A stretch of 64,000 nucleotides of DNA from Nanobdellota archaeon (GTDB lineage Archaea; Nanobdellota; Nanobdellia; Pacearchaeales; GW2011-AR1): contig JBBSXC010000003.1 in NCBI GenBank assembly GCA_038045945.1, positions 21,859 through 85,858 of the forward strand, given 5' to 3'. This document shows positions 46,964 to 56,706 of this stretch, piece by piece. The position numbers were made by a program, and so were the translations under genes. A model generated the notes under the pieces. The model did not search any database, was not told the origin of the DNA, and saw nothing but the letters and a program-made list of their open reading frames with translations. Within the stretch, counting starts at the first letter, position 1, and every line of letters begins with the position of its first letter.

Positions 46964-48451
46964 ATGGTAAAATCTAATGACAACCTAGAAAAATTAGTTA
47001 GGAGTGCTGGTAAAAATGAAGTTATTAGAGCAGTAAACGCCTTACCATTCTTTCCATCAGGAATAGACATACGCAAAACCAAACATCTGCCTGCATTACC
47101 ATACCTATACTACGTTTCTAGAGTTCTTCAAGATGTAAAAAGAGTTTATCAGTCACAAACACATAAAACGCTTAGTGACATTAAAGAAATGTCTCCAACA
47201 ACAAAAATACCATCAGACTACTTTGATAACTCAAGATACATACACTCACTAATAGGAACCCTAGCACATGGTTTTTCTAACGGTTTCCAATACAATCAAA
47301 AACCTTCAAACGAATTCGACCCTAACCTTTCAGAGCAGGATTACAAAATAAACCCTACGTTTGTCCCTTATGGGCTAGTATTAGCATTAGCAGGCATAGA
47401 AACAGTTATTTCAATGTCAGAAACACTTGATGACGTATTTGACAATAGCGAAGAAAGAAGAGGAAAAGAAACATACCACTACACTCACGGATGGAAAGCA
47501 GCAACACTATCATCAGACTTACAACTTATTGACTCATTAGAAATAGTTGACGGAATATCAAGCTATTACATAAGAAAAGTTATAAGAGAAGCAGCCAAAA
47601 CAACAGCTAAAGGTCAAGGTTTAGAAATAGACATTCAAAGAAGACTGGCAGCAAAAGGAATAGAGCTAAGAACAGACAGCAGAGGAATGAGCGATGAGGA
47701 CTCAGAAAAGTTTATAGCAGAATTAATGAGGAAACTAAAAGGCGATAGAGAAAAATCATCAAGAATGAAGACTAGCGCACTTATAGAATGCGCTGCTGAT
47801 TGTGGAACATTCTATGGGGGACTAAAACCCCAAGACCTTCTTAAAAAAGCAATTATGAGGTATTCAAGAGAGTTTGGAATAATGCACCAAATAAGAAACG
47901 ACCTGGACGATGTACAAAGCGGAAGAGCCGAGGACATGAGAGATGGAGTTCTAAACCTAGTAGTATTTGGAGCACTTTCTAATCCAGATATGGCCTTTGA
48001 TGACAAATTAACACTAGCAAGCACATTAACAAGACAGTATGATAGAATAAAGGCCAGAGCAATACTACCAGGAGACGTTATTCATAGGGCAAACCCAAGA
48101 CCTACAAGAAGATTATCAAAACTTGAAGAGGAAGAAGAAAGAGAACAAGCAGCTCATGAAACAATGTTTGACGATGACTTAGCCGAAGCAATAAGGTACG
48201 ACGAAGAGGAAGATCCAGAAACTTCAGAATTAAACTTTGATGATGGATTATCAGGAGACAGTCATATTCAAGCTGAAGAAGCAATAAAGTTATCTAACCA
48301 GTTAGCACATGAATACGGCTCGGAAGGAGCATGGGAAAGAATTAACAGAGAAAAAGAAAAACTTACAAGAAAAGTAATAACAAAAATATCACCAGACCCT
48401 GTAGGCCAAAGAGTTTTAGAATCAGTAGTTGACATGATAATAAAAGAATAA
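46964..48451 (+). CDS. Polyprenyl (trans-isoprenyl) diphosphate synthase-family protein with long insertions and an acidic C-terminal tail
   Basis: First Asp-rich motif with RRG (SETLDDVFDNSEERRGKETYH). Second motif FGIMHQIRNDLDDV, of the G.aFQi.DDxxD type. Confidence 0.5.
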   Translation: MVKSNDNLEKLVRSAGKNEVIRAVNALPFFPSGIDIRKTKHLPALPYLYYVSRVLQDVKRVYQSQTHKTLSDIKEMSPTTKIPSDYFDNSRYIHSLIGTLAHGFSNGFQYNQKPSNEFDPNLSEQDYKINPTFVPYGLVLALAGIETVISMSETLDDVFDNSEERRGKETYHYTHGWKAATLSSDLQLIDSLEIVDGISSYYIRKVIREAAKTTAKGQGLEIDIQRRLAAKGIELRTDSRGMSDEDSEKFIAELMRKLKGDREKSSRMKTSALIECAADCGTFYGGLKPQDLLKKAIMRYSREFGIMHQIRNDLDDVQSGRAEDMRDGVLNLVVFGALSNPDMAFDDKLTLASTLTRQYDRIKARAILPGDVIHRANPRPTRRLSKLEEEEEREQAAHETMFDDDLAEAIRYDEEEDPETSELNFDDGLSGDSHIQAEEAIKLSNQLAHEYGSEGAWERINREKEKLTRKVITKISPDPVGQRVLESVVDMIIKE

Positions 48452-48547
48452 GAAAATTCTATCGTATGTTGTCTATGAAAAAACTACTCCTGATTAAATA
48501 CTAATTTTCTCTACCATTTTTAAGAGGCGACAAACACTAAAAAAATA

Positions 48548-49105
48548 ATGTCTTTTAGAAAAATAATAAGGTACAAGGATGCACCTTATGATCAAAGGAG
48601 CCCCCTAGAAGAAATGATAACGGTGCTAGAGAGAGAATCATTAAAATCATTTTTTGACAGAGTGGGTAACGCAATACCTGAACTCGTTGAATTAACGCAA
48701 AGAGTTGAAGCAAACCCTCGTGATTCAGACGCGCACTACTTACTGGCAAGAACTTACCTTAATAGAGAAGACCAAGGAGACTTAAAAATGGCTGATCATC
48801 ACTTATCATTAGCTATGCAGTACTGCTATGGTAAAACAAAATTCGGAGATTACGACATATTACTAGCTTACGGAATAGTAAAAATAGAGTTAGGCGAATA
48901 CGCCAGAGGAACAGATTTAGTAACTAGAGCAATACAAGTAGGTAAAAGAACAAAGGTTTATTCTAGCAAAGAAACAGAGGATTACGACCACTTATTAGTT
49001 GTTAGCGCGCTAATGATGGAAGGAAAAGAGGGGGAGGCAAAAAATTATTCTGATAGTAATATGCAATCCAAAGAATTAGTTGAAGGATACTTCTCAGAAA
49101 GATGA
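48548..49105 (+). CDS. TPR-like helical repeat protein
   Basis: AHYLLARTYLNREDQGD ... LLAYGIVKIELGEYARGTDLVTRAIQVG are TPR-like repeats. Confidence 0.35.
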   Translation: MSFRKIIRYKDAPYDQRSPLEEMITVLERESLKSFFDRVGNAIPELVELTQRVEANPRDSDAHYLLARTYLNREDQGDLKMADHHLSLAMQYCYGKTKFGDYDILLAYGIVKIELGEYARGTDLVTRAIQVGKRTKVYSSKETEDYDHLLVVSALMMEGKEGEAKNYSDSNMQSKELVEGYFSER

Positions 49106-49181
49106 TTTAGGCATTTTAGAAGTATTATTTTATACAACACAAATCCAAATGATATAAAAACTTTAAAAGTTTGCGTTTGTA

Positions 49182-49817
49182 ATGGAAAAGGAAAAAAAGT
49201 ACCTGTTTTTAGGATTATTCTTCGTCTTTATTCAAATAGTAGCAATAATAAGAAATGTAAGCTCAGGTTATAACAACTTTTTTTGGTTTTGTGACTTTGC
49301 ATCACTACCAATAGCCATAGGATTCTTCCTAAAAAAGGACGATTTTGTTAAATCAATAGTAAACATTGGATTATTCCCGCAAATAATCTATATTTTAGCA
49401 TTCGTCTACAAAATATTTTCTGGAGTATCAATACTAGAAACAATTCCGGACACATCAACAATATTTTATTTTACTAGCTCAATAATAATACACTTATCAA
49501 CAATTTTTGCTTTATGCTTTACTTACAAAACTAAACCTAGAATCAGCACACTATTCCACTCAATAATGTTCATTTTCGGAATGTATGTCATAGCATTATT
49601 CTTCACAAACCCCCAAGACAGAATAAACTACGTACTTTCATCAAGAACACTCCTACCAATAACAATACCCTACTACACGGAACTGTGGTCATTACTAACA
49701 TTCCTAATAGTGGTACTACCAACACAAGGAATACAATACCTAATATACAGATATTATGAAAAGAATGAAGGCAAGAAAAAAGTTCTCAATACTAAGTCTA
49801 AGAAAGAAGCCTTATAA
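49182..49817 (+). CDS. Polytopic membrane protein
   Basis: 211 aa, about 6 TM helices. Confidence 0.4.
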   Translation: MEKEKKYLFLGLFFVFIQIVAIIRNVSSGYNNFFWFCDFASLPIAIGFFLKKDDFVKSIVNIGLFPQIIYILAFVYKIFSGVSILETIPDTSTIFYFTSSIIIHLSTIFALCFTYKTKPRISTLFHSIMFIFGMYVIALFFTNPQDRINYVLSSRTLLPITIPYYTELWSLLTFLIVVLPTQGIQYLIYRYYEKNEGKKKVLNTKSKKEAL

Positions 49818-49863
49818 ATCACATTTATAAACACTTATTTTGATTACTATCAAGTGACATAAA

Positions 49864-51219
49864 ATGGTTAGATCTAAACAAATGGTTGAGGAAAGGGTTC
49901 TGAGAGAATCAGAATCTCTAAAAAGGCCACAACTTGCAAAAAAATACGGAAGAACAGAACCAGAAATCAGAGAATTCTTTGATTCTAGAGATAGAAGAAA
50001 ACCTAGAGTTAAGTCGGAAATATCAAGACTCAGAAGAGAATTACCAGAAAAAAAGCTCTTAGGCTTACTATTAGAAAAAAGTACTGAAGAGTTATGTGAA
50101 GATTATAAAGCTAAAAGAACTAGTATGTCTCAAAGGATTAAAGAAGTCACAAACGGCCACAGAAAACCACTGGTAAGAAATCATGTTGACATAACAAAAG
50201 AAGAACTAATAGAAGCATCAAAACTTTTTTCTGAGGAAGAAATAGCAACACTATATGACTGCAGCAGAGCAACAATAGCGCGTAAATATCGAGAAGCCAT
50301 AATAAAAAAACATTGTGTTAACCCTAACACTAGAAGAATAAACAGCATCGATAGTGCAGAATTATTAGAAGTCTCATCAATATTCTCAAGAGATGAGTTA
50401 GCATTCCTCTACGATGTTGGTAGAGCCACAATTGTTCGTAAGCTTAGAGAAGCTAGAGACAAAAAAGATGATCAGAAACATGTTGAAAGAGCCTTGAGGA
50501 GAACTTTACCTGCGATTAACTCAGCTATTGATGAAACCCTCAAAACATTCAGTTACGTAAATTCAGCTATTGATTACTTAATATCTCAAAGACCACAAGC
50601 GGAAAGAATGGCAGCAAAGTATATCTTAGAAGTCCAAAATTATCGGGGGAATAGTGAACAGTTTAACAAAAAACTGTTAAAACTATGCAAATCCTACATT
50701 CAAGCTAAGAAAGAAGGAGAAAAAGTATCAATAACAAAACTTTCTAAGAAAAGCGGATTTCACACAGCTCAAATATACAGAATAGGAAAAGCACTTGATT
50801 GGGACTTAAGAGTAAGAAAATACCAAAGAGGAGTGATTACCCCAATACAAAACTGGAGAATTATTGAAACAAACATTAATTCTGAATTAACAAACCATGA
50901 CATTGCAAAATTTTTAGGTTTATCACCTACACCAATAATTGACGCGCAAGAAAGAACGGGTATTGAAAGATTAAGAAAAACGCCAATTTATACTAGGAAT
51001 AGGGCAAAAGTAGGTTATTATGCTGCAAGCATGGTTTACGAATCATTAGATGAAGGATATAGCGTGCAGGACTCAGCTGAAATAGCTGGAGTAAGCATTG
51101 ATGACGTTTTAGCTTTATCAGAAAGAAGAGAAGAACTAGAAAAGAAAATAATTTCTGGGCTAAGAAGACTTACTGGAAAAAAGGTAGAAAAACCATACTT
51201 ACCAATAAAAAATAAGTAA
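49864..51219 (+). CDS. Multi-HTH protein (5 or more helix-turn-helix-like repeats), unknown function
   Basis: Repeats such as ELIEASKLFSEEEIATLYDCSRATIARKYREAI, ELLEVSSIFSRDELAFLYDVGRATIVRKLREAR, NHDIAKFLGLSPTPIIDAQERTG and YSVQDSAEIAGVSIDDVLAL. Confidence 0.4.
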   Translation: MVRSKQMVEERVLRESESLKRPQLAKKYGRTEPEIREFFDSRDRRKPRVKSEISRLRRELPEKKLLGLLLEKSTEELCEDYKAKRTSMSQRIKEVTNGHRKPLVRNHVDITKEELIEASKLFSEEEIATLYDCSRATIARKYREAIIKKHCVNPNTRRINSIDSAELLEVSSIFSRDELAFLYDVGRATIVRKLREARDKKDDQKHVERALRRTLPAINSAIDETLKTFSYVNSAIDYLISQRPQAERMAAKYILEVQNYRGNSEQFNKKLLKLCKSYIQAKKEGEKVSITKLSKKSGFHTAQIYRIGKALDWDLRVRKYQRGVITPIQNWRIIETNINSELTNHDIAKFLGLSPTPIIDAQERTGIERLRKTPIYTRNRAKVGYYAASMVYESLDEGYSVQDSAEIAGVSIDDVLALSERREELEKKIISGLRRLTGKKVEKPYLPIKNK

Positions 51220-51251
51220 ATCTTTAATAGCTTATAAAAACATTATCATTT

Positions 51252-51746
51252 ATGAATAAAACAAAAATAGCTTATTTTGGCGCAGGATGCTTCTGGGGAG
51301 TAGAATACCTCTTTAAAAAAGTCCCAGGAATAACAAAAACGGAAGTAGGTTACATGGGAGGGAAAAAACCAAACCCGACTTATAGAGAAGTATGTAACGA
51401 TGGTACAGGACACGCAGAAATAATAAAGATTATTTATGATCCAGCACTCGTCACTTACAAAAAACTCTTAGAATTATTCTTCAAATGTCACAACCCAACA
51501 ACAATAGACCGACAAGGGCCAGACGTAGGAGAACAATACAGATCAGCAATATTCTACACTGATAAAGAACAAAAGAAAGAAGCAGAAGATTACCTAAAGG
51601 TTTATGAGAAAGAAATAGGAAAGAAAATAGTTACGGAAATATCACAAGCTAGCGAATTTTGGAAAGCTGAAGAATACCACCAAGACTATTACGGAAAGAA
51701 AGGCGGACAACCATACTGCCACATAATGCCAAAAGTAAATTTTTAA
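51252..51746 (+). CDS. msrA: Peptide methionine sulfoxide reductase MsrA
   Basis: AYFGAGCFWGVE is the active-site motif. 164 aa. Confidence 0.8.
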   Translation: MNKTKIAYFGAGCFWGVEYLFKKVPGITKTEVGYMGGKKPNPTYREVCNDGTGHAEIIKIIYDPALVTYKKLLELFFKCHNPTTIDRQGPDVGEQYRSAIFYTDKEQKKEAEDYLKVYEKEIGKKIVTEISQASEFWKAEEYHQDYYGKKGGQPYCHIMPKVNF

Positions 51747-51769
51747 AAACAAAAAATCATAATAACCTC

Positions 51770-52168
51770 ATGAAAAATATTATACCTAGAACCGATAATG
51801 AGTGGGAGAAAAAATTATCCCCAGAACAATATAGGGTTATGAGAGAAGGGGATACAGAAATGCCGTTCACTGGAAAATTTTTAGATAATAAAGAAAAAGG
51901 AGAATATTCTTGTGCTGCATGCAAAAACTCCTTATTCTCCTCTGACACAAAGTTTAATTCCGGAACTGGATGGCCAAGCTTCACAGACGCAAATAAGAAA
52001 AATATAATGCTAAAAGAAGATTATTCTCATGGAATGCACAGAATAATGGTCATTTGTAAAAAGTGTAAATCCAAACTAGGGCACGTATTTGATGATATAC
52101 CAAAAGAATTAGGAGAAAGGTACTGTATTAATTCATGCGCACTAAAATTCAAAAATCTTAAAAAATAG
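51770..52168 (+). CDS. msrB: Peptide methionine-R-sulfoxide reductase MsrB
   Basis: CAACKNSLF...GTGWPSF ... CKKCKSKLGHVFDD are the SelR/MsrB Zn site and catalytic motifs. Confidence 0.8.
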   Translation: MKNIIPRTDNEWEKKLSPEQYRVMREGDTEMPFTGKFLDNKEKGEYSCAACKNSLFSSDTKFNSGTGWPSFTDANKKNIMLKEDYSHGMHRIMVICKKCKSKLGHVFDDIPKELGERYCINSCALKFKNLKK

Positions 52169-52333
52169 ACTTTTGAGCCACAAAAATTAAAGTTTTTGAT
52201 GTTCAATAAAAAATAATTTTTTATTAATGCTTACAAATAATTATAATGGTATTTCTTGACATAATAATTCTTATAAAGACAAAAAACGGTAGTAATAACT
52301 TAAAAAGGTTAAATGAAAAAATGGTGAACTAAA

Positions 52334-53929
52334 ATGACGACTACAGATGCTCCTGTAGATATGGATGTAAAGAATAAAGTATTCTATGAAGAAGTAAGAG
52401 CTAGTTTAGGAGGAAAATTACCATTAAGTTTAGGAAGTAGCAGATTAGAACAAGGAGAGGGAGGAAGACTAGTAGTAGTATTCCCTAATGAAGTATACAA
52501 AGCAAGAGCTAATGATTACGGTCAAGAACTAAGAAGAGGACTAAGAAAAGTAGGGGGAGGAGAGGACTTATACTTAGGAGTTGACAAAAATATGCTTGAT
52601 TCAGGAAGAAGACTAGCATCATCATACCTGTCAGGATTAGAAGAAGCAACAAACACAGAACCTGCAGAAAAAACAGTAAGAATTGTTGTTAGACCAAAAG
52701 ACGAACTATTAGTGGTTAGGTCGCAAACAACAAAACAAAAATCATTAGAAACAACAGCAACAAAATACCAGTTATTACCAAAACCAGAAACAATAATGAA
52801 GTATGAAGGAAACAATTACGCAGTAGACGTAACAAGAAGGATAGCAGAATTAGCATCATCGCCAAAAGAAGTAAGAACAAACATAAAAAAAACATTAATT
52901 CACGGACCAAACGGGGCAGGAAAAACGGCGCTAGCAACAACATTATGCTACAGTTTAGCAGAAGCAGGAATGACACCAGTATATTTGGACGTGCCGGGCC
53001 TGTCAGAGTTCTTAAGACATAACGCAAGAATGGCAGCAGCAATAGCCGGAATGATGGGAGAACAAAAACCAATAATGAGAGAGTACGGACAATTAGAAAA
53101 CTTAAGAGAAGCAGACTTATTAGTTTTAGACGGAATAGAAGCAACACTAAGGGGAGAAAAAGAAAACCGTCCGGGAGTAGAGGCAATCCTAAGAGCAGCA
53201 ATAGACGCATCAGTAGCAAGAAACATACCTGTATTAGCACTATACAGGGGGACGGGGGAAACACTCAAAGCGTACATATCAAGAATGAAGTTTGGGGAAG
53301 GAGGAAACAAAGACTTAGCAGACAGACTAGAAGAATTCGTAAGGGTGCCAATGCATTTACCATCAGGAAGAGAAAGAGGAGGACTAATGAAAGACTTACT
53401 AATAACAGAACACGGATTTAGCGAGCAAGCAAGCCAAGAAATATCAAGAGCGCTAGGAGAAAACTTTGGAAGCGAATCAACCTTGAGAGAAATAAGAGGA
53501 TCAGTAGCATCAGCAGTAAACTACATAAATTTTGTTGGAGGAGAAAAACCAGACTATTACACACTAGCAAGTAAAGCACTAAAAGGAACGGCAGGACTGC
53601 AAGGATTACTATTCGGAAAAAAAGTAGATACAGCAGAATTATTCAAAGAAATAGAAAGAAGAACAGGAATAGCCAAAGCAAGCATGACAGGAAGAAAAGG
53701 AACAAGCGACGTGATAAACGCAAGACACGCATACGCAGCAATAGCAAGAAAAGATGAAAGTTTAGGAGTAAGCGCAATAGCAAAACTATTAGGAAAAGAT
53801 CATGGAACACTAAACAGCGCGTATGAAAGAATAGACCGGGTGTTAGGTTCAACAGAACAAGAAAAATTAAGTCTTAGAGACAAAGAATTATTAAGACTAA
53901 TAAAAACACTAGAAGAAGCAAAAGCTTGA
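52334..53929 (+). CDS. DnaA-family AAA+ ATPase with a DnaA domain IV-like C-terminal DNA-binding domain
   Basis: Walker A LIHGPNGAGKTALATTL. Walker B DLLVLDGIE. The C-terminus DVINARHAYAAIARKDESLGVSAIAKLLGKDHGTLNSAYERIDRVL aligns position by position with bacterial DnaA domain IV (RPRQ.AMALAkELT.lSlpeIG..[19 protein letters not shown]). 'GGTGA' lies 7 nt upstream of the ATG. Confidence 0.6.
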   Translation: MTTTDAPVDMDVKNKVFYEEVRASLGGKLPLSLGSSRLEQGEGGRLVVVFPNEVYKARANDYGQELRRGLRKVGGGEDLYLGVDKNMLDSGRRLASSYLSGLEEATNTEPAEKTVRIVVRPKDELLVVRSQTTKQKSLETTATKYQLLPKPETIMKYEGNNYAVDVTRRIAELASSPKEVRTNIKKTLIHGPNGAGKTALATTLCYSLAEAGMTPVYLDVPGLSEFLRHNARMAAAIAGMMGEQKPIMREYGQLENLREADLLVLDGIEATLRGEKENRPGVEAILRAAIDASVARNIPVLALYRGTGETLKAYISRMKFGEGGNKDLADRLEEFVRVPMHLPSGRERGGLMKDLLITEHGFSEQASQEISRALGENFGSESTLREIRGSVASAVNYINFVGGEKPDYYTLASKALKGTAGLQGLLFGKKVDTAELFKEIERRTGIAKASMTGRKGTSDVINARHAYAAIARKDESLGVSAIAKLLGKDHGTLNSAYERIDRVLGSTEQEKLSLRDKELLRLIKTLEEAKA

Positions 53930-53992
53930 TTGTTACTACTGTTTAGTTACTTTAATCGTTAGGTTTATATAGTCTTTTTACTTGGGTTTCTT

Positions 53993-55333
53993 ATGGGAAA
54001 AAAGATTTTATACGGTGCCGGACTTGTAGCTGCTGGAATAACTGGTTACTTAATAGGCAGTTCTAAAAGTGTTGATCCAGACGCAGAAGTTGAGCTTAAA
54101 CATGGAAAACAAGACAATAACATGCTGCGTGAAAGCACACAAAGAGTTTCTCTTAGAGGACTTTCTAACGATAAAAAACTTTTAGAATCTCAACTTGATG
54201 ATGCTAAAACTCTTATTGCTCAAAAAGACGCTGAACTTGCTAAATACAAACCTTTCCAGGACTCATTAAACATTGCATCATACATTAAGAAAGCTGGCAG
54301 TGATGTCCCTATTAGCGCACTTAAAGGTCTTGACGCTAACGGTGGTATAGCATACCTAGACAAAAACAGCGGTTCTTTATACGTTAATACTAATGATAAA
54401 ATAGTTAGAAACACTGTTGGTTCTTCACCCTTAGCTATGGCTATCACTGGGGGAAAAATGCCTGCTAAAAGTTGGGGTATGTGGGACAGCAGAGGCGGTA
54501 AATGGAAGGATGGTGAACAATTATCCTCAACTGATCATTCTTACAGAGCTTTCGCTTTCGGAGACCCGCAAGGACACTCAATAATTTCAGTTATTGATGA
54601 AAAAAGCGGAGAAAACGTTGGTAACACAGCAGTATCAGGATCTATTGAAGATTACGGTTTAACAACTGGCAAAAACTCTGAAGGTAAAGAAGTTCCAATA
54701 ATATGGACTTTAACACTTGTTAATCCTTTAGCAGGACTTAAAGGAGAAGTACAAAGAGAAATACTAGGACCTCAATTTTCAAACTTTAGAACCGCTCTAG
54801 AATTATACGGTGAAGGTAAAGGAAGAAAAGACGGTAATGGACAACTTATCCCTTACGAACAATACGCTGAATCAATAACTCTTACTCAAGCACTTGGTGA
54901 TGGTAGAACTGGCGGACTAATTGATATATTACAAAAAATTAATGTTGATGGAGAATTAAGAAGAGGTGAGGAAGCTTCATACTTTGACGCAAAATTCAAA
55001 GATAGCACTAGTGTAACAACTGGTACTTTACAAAGTGTTCCTTTAAGAGCTAAACCGGGAATTACTAAATGGATTTCACCAATTAACAGACCAGGAAAAG
55101 TTAGAAGTATTATAGCTGAAGATGATCGTGTTGTTTACGAAGTAGAATTCGGGGATTACCCTGCCCAATACTCAGAATTCGTAAGAGAAAGCAACATTAA
55201 CTCATGCAACACTACAAGCGCAGGAGAATTCTACGGACTAAAAACAATTATTAATTCAGAACCACTACCAACACTTGAAAAAGAAATAGAAAGAGTAGAC
55301 CAAGAATACAACGAAAAACTTAAGGGAAAGTAA
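53993..55333 (+). CDS. Secreted/membrane-anchored protein with an N-terminal coiled coil
   Basis: TM/signal ILYGAGLVAAGITGYLIGS. 446 aa. T-ending codon usage unlike neighbouring + genes. Confidence 0.45.
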   Translation: MGKKILYGAGLVAAGITGYLIGSSKSVDPDAEVELKHGKQDNNMLRESTQRVSLRGLSNDKKLLESQLDDAKTLIAQKDAELAKYKPFQDSLNIASYIKKAGSDVPISALKGLDANGGIAYLDKNSGSLYVNTNDKIVRNTVGSSPLAMAITGGKMPAKSWGMWDSRGGKWKDGEQLSSTDHSYRAFAFGDPQGHSIISVIDEKSGENVGNTAVSGSIEDYGLTTGKNSEGKEVPIIWTLTLVNPLAGLKGEVQREILGPQFSNFRTALELYGEGKGRKDGNGQLIPYEQYAESITLTQALGDGRTGGLIDILQKINVDGELRRGEEASYFDAKFKDSTSVTTGTLQSVPLRAKPGITKWISPINRPGKVRSIIAEDDRVVYEVEFGDYPAQYSEFVRESNINSCNTTSAGEFYGLKTIINSEPLPTLEKEIERVDQEYNEKLKGK

Positions 55334-55339
55334 AAAAAA

Positions 55340-55720
55340 ATGTTGAGACAAACACCTATAGAGGAAATAATTGATACTGAATCAATAATGATTGATAACA
55401 GAACTGATTCTAACGGATCATTAACTGCTAGACTACTAGTAGATAATAATGACGACTTAGAGATTGATGAAAAAACAGAAGATTTTGCTAAAGACTTTGT
55501 TAACTACCTAAAAAGTCAGGGTTTTTCAGCATTAATAGACGGTAAAAAAGGAAATTATGAAGTAACAGCTAATAAGTCCGGAAGGAATGATTCTTACGTT
55601 GTTAGTAAAGGTTTCCCCCATGATTCTCAAAGCGTTATCGTAACAATGATCCCAGTTCATGATTCTAACCCTTCAATAATGGGAGAATATCTCAGACACA
55701 TACAAGGCGTTGTTTGGTAA
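55340..55720 (+). CDS. Hypothetical acidic protein
   Basis: 126 aa ORF. Confidence 0.35.
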   Translation: MLRQTPIEEIIDTESIMIDNRTDSNGSLTARLLVDNNDDLEIDEKTEDFAKDFVNYLKSQGFSALIDGKKGNYEVTANKSGRNDSYVVSKGFPHDSQSVIVTMIPVHDSNPSIMGEYLRHIQGVVW

Positions 55721-55764
55721 AGTTATACAACAAGATTAAATAATGCCTTTACTAACCATTATTC

Positions 55765-56013
55765 ATGCCTAAAAAGAGTGTTATGAAGATTCCTAAATCT
55801 TACACTCTTAATTGTCCTTTATGCCACAAAAACACTAGAGCTAGCACAAGTATAGATTTCTCACCACAAAAATACACCTGCCCAAAATGCCTCAAAGAAA
55901 TATTAACACCAGTTAACTCATGCTGCATAATATGCGCAAACGACATAAAAACGAGAAGATGTCCAAGAAACCTGTACATGGAAGCAGTAGTAAAAGGACT
56001 AATAATAAAATAA
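55765..56013 (+). CDS. Zinc-ribbon protein
   Basis: CPLCH ... CPKC ... CCIIC ... C are four Cys pairs. Confidence 0.4.
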   Translation: MPKKSVMKIPKSYTLNCPLCHKNTRASTSIDFSPQKYTCPKCLKEILTPVNSCCIICANDIKTRRCPRNLYMEAVVKGLIIK

Positions 56014-56016
56014 AAA

Positions 56017-56520
56017 ATGGATTATAATAACCTGTTAATACAGTCATTAGCAATAATAGCACTAGGACTATTCGCTATTTCTTACCATGCTAAAGCTAGA
56101 TGGAAAATATTGTTATTTCAAGCAATAGCACTATTATTTTGGATTACGCACTTTTTACTGCTATCAGCATGGACTGGAGCATCAATGAACATAATCAACA
56201 TCTTTGTTATAACATTACTGATATTTAAAACAAAGAAAAAATGGATTAGAAGCAACATTACCCTTTACTCAATAATCTTAGTATTTATCATTGCAACAAT
56301 TATAACTTGGCAAGGCTACTACAGCATTTTCGCTCTTTTAGGAATAATCTTTATGACTATTGCAAGATGGCAGGACAAAACTATAAACATTCGTTATTTA
56401 GCACTACTTGGAGGACTATTATGGATAATTTATGATTTATTTGCAGGAGCTTACGGTAGCGTAATAGCAGAATTAGTAATAGGCACATCAATAATAATAT
56501 CAATATACAGGAATAAGTAA
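56017..56520 (+). CDS. Polytopic membrane protein
   Basis: 167 aa, 5 TM helices. Confidence 0.4.
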   Translation: MDYNNLLIQSLAIIALGLFAISYHAKARWKILLFQAIALLFWITHFLLLSAWTGASMNIINIFVITLLIFKTKKKWIRSNITLYSIILVFIIATIITWQGYYSIFALLGIIFMTIARWQDKTINIRYLALLGGLLWIIYDLFAGAYGSVIAELVIGTSIIISIYRNK

Positions 56521-56706
56521 TAAAAATGAAAGGCAAAATTAACAAACTAGTCGTTTTTAATTCAATAATCGCCTTAGGATGCTTAGCATTAACTTTTTTT
56601 GTTCATTGGTTATTCATAATTCCAGCAGTTTACTTAATGATAAGAAACCAAAAAGAACTGGTTAAGAACTAAAATTATCTGGAAAAGATTTAAATATGTC
56701 AAATGA

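Noticed and set aside
52169-52333. Possible replication origin upstream of the DnaA-like gene
   Set aside because: I found no clustered DnaA-box-like 9-mers. Strand skew does not change polarity here, and dnaN/recF/gyrB are absent. An origin cannot be called from this window.
52716-53310. 182 aa and 120 aa - strand ORFs inside the DnaA-like gene
   Set aside because: They are antisense to a gene with strong Walker motifs and a domain IV match. Their sequences are Leu-rich and low complexity.
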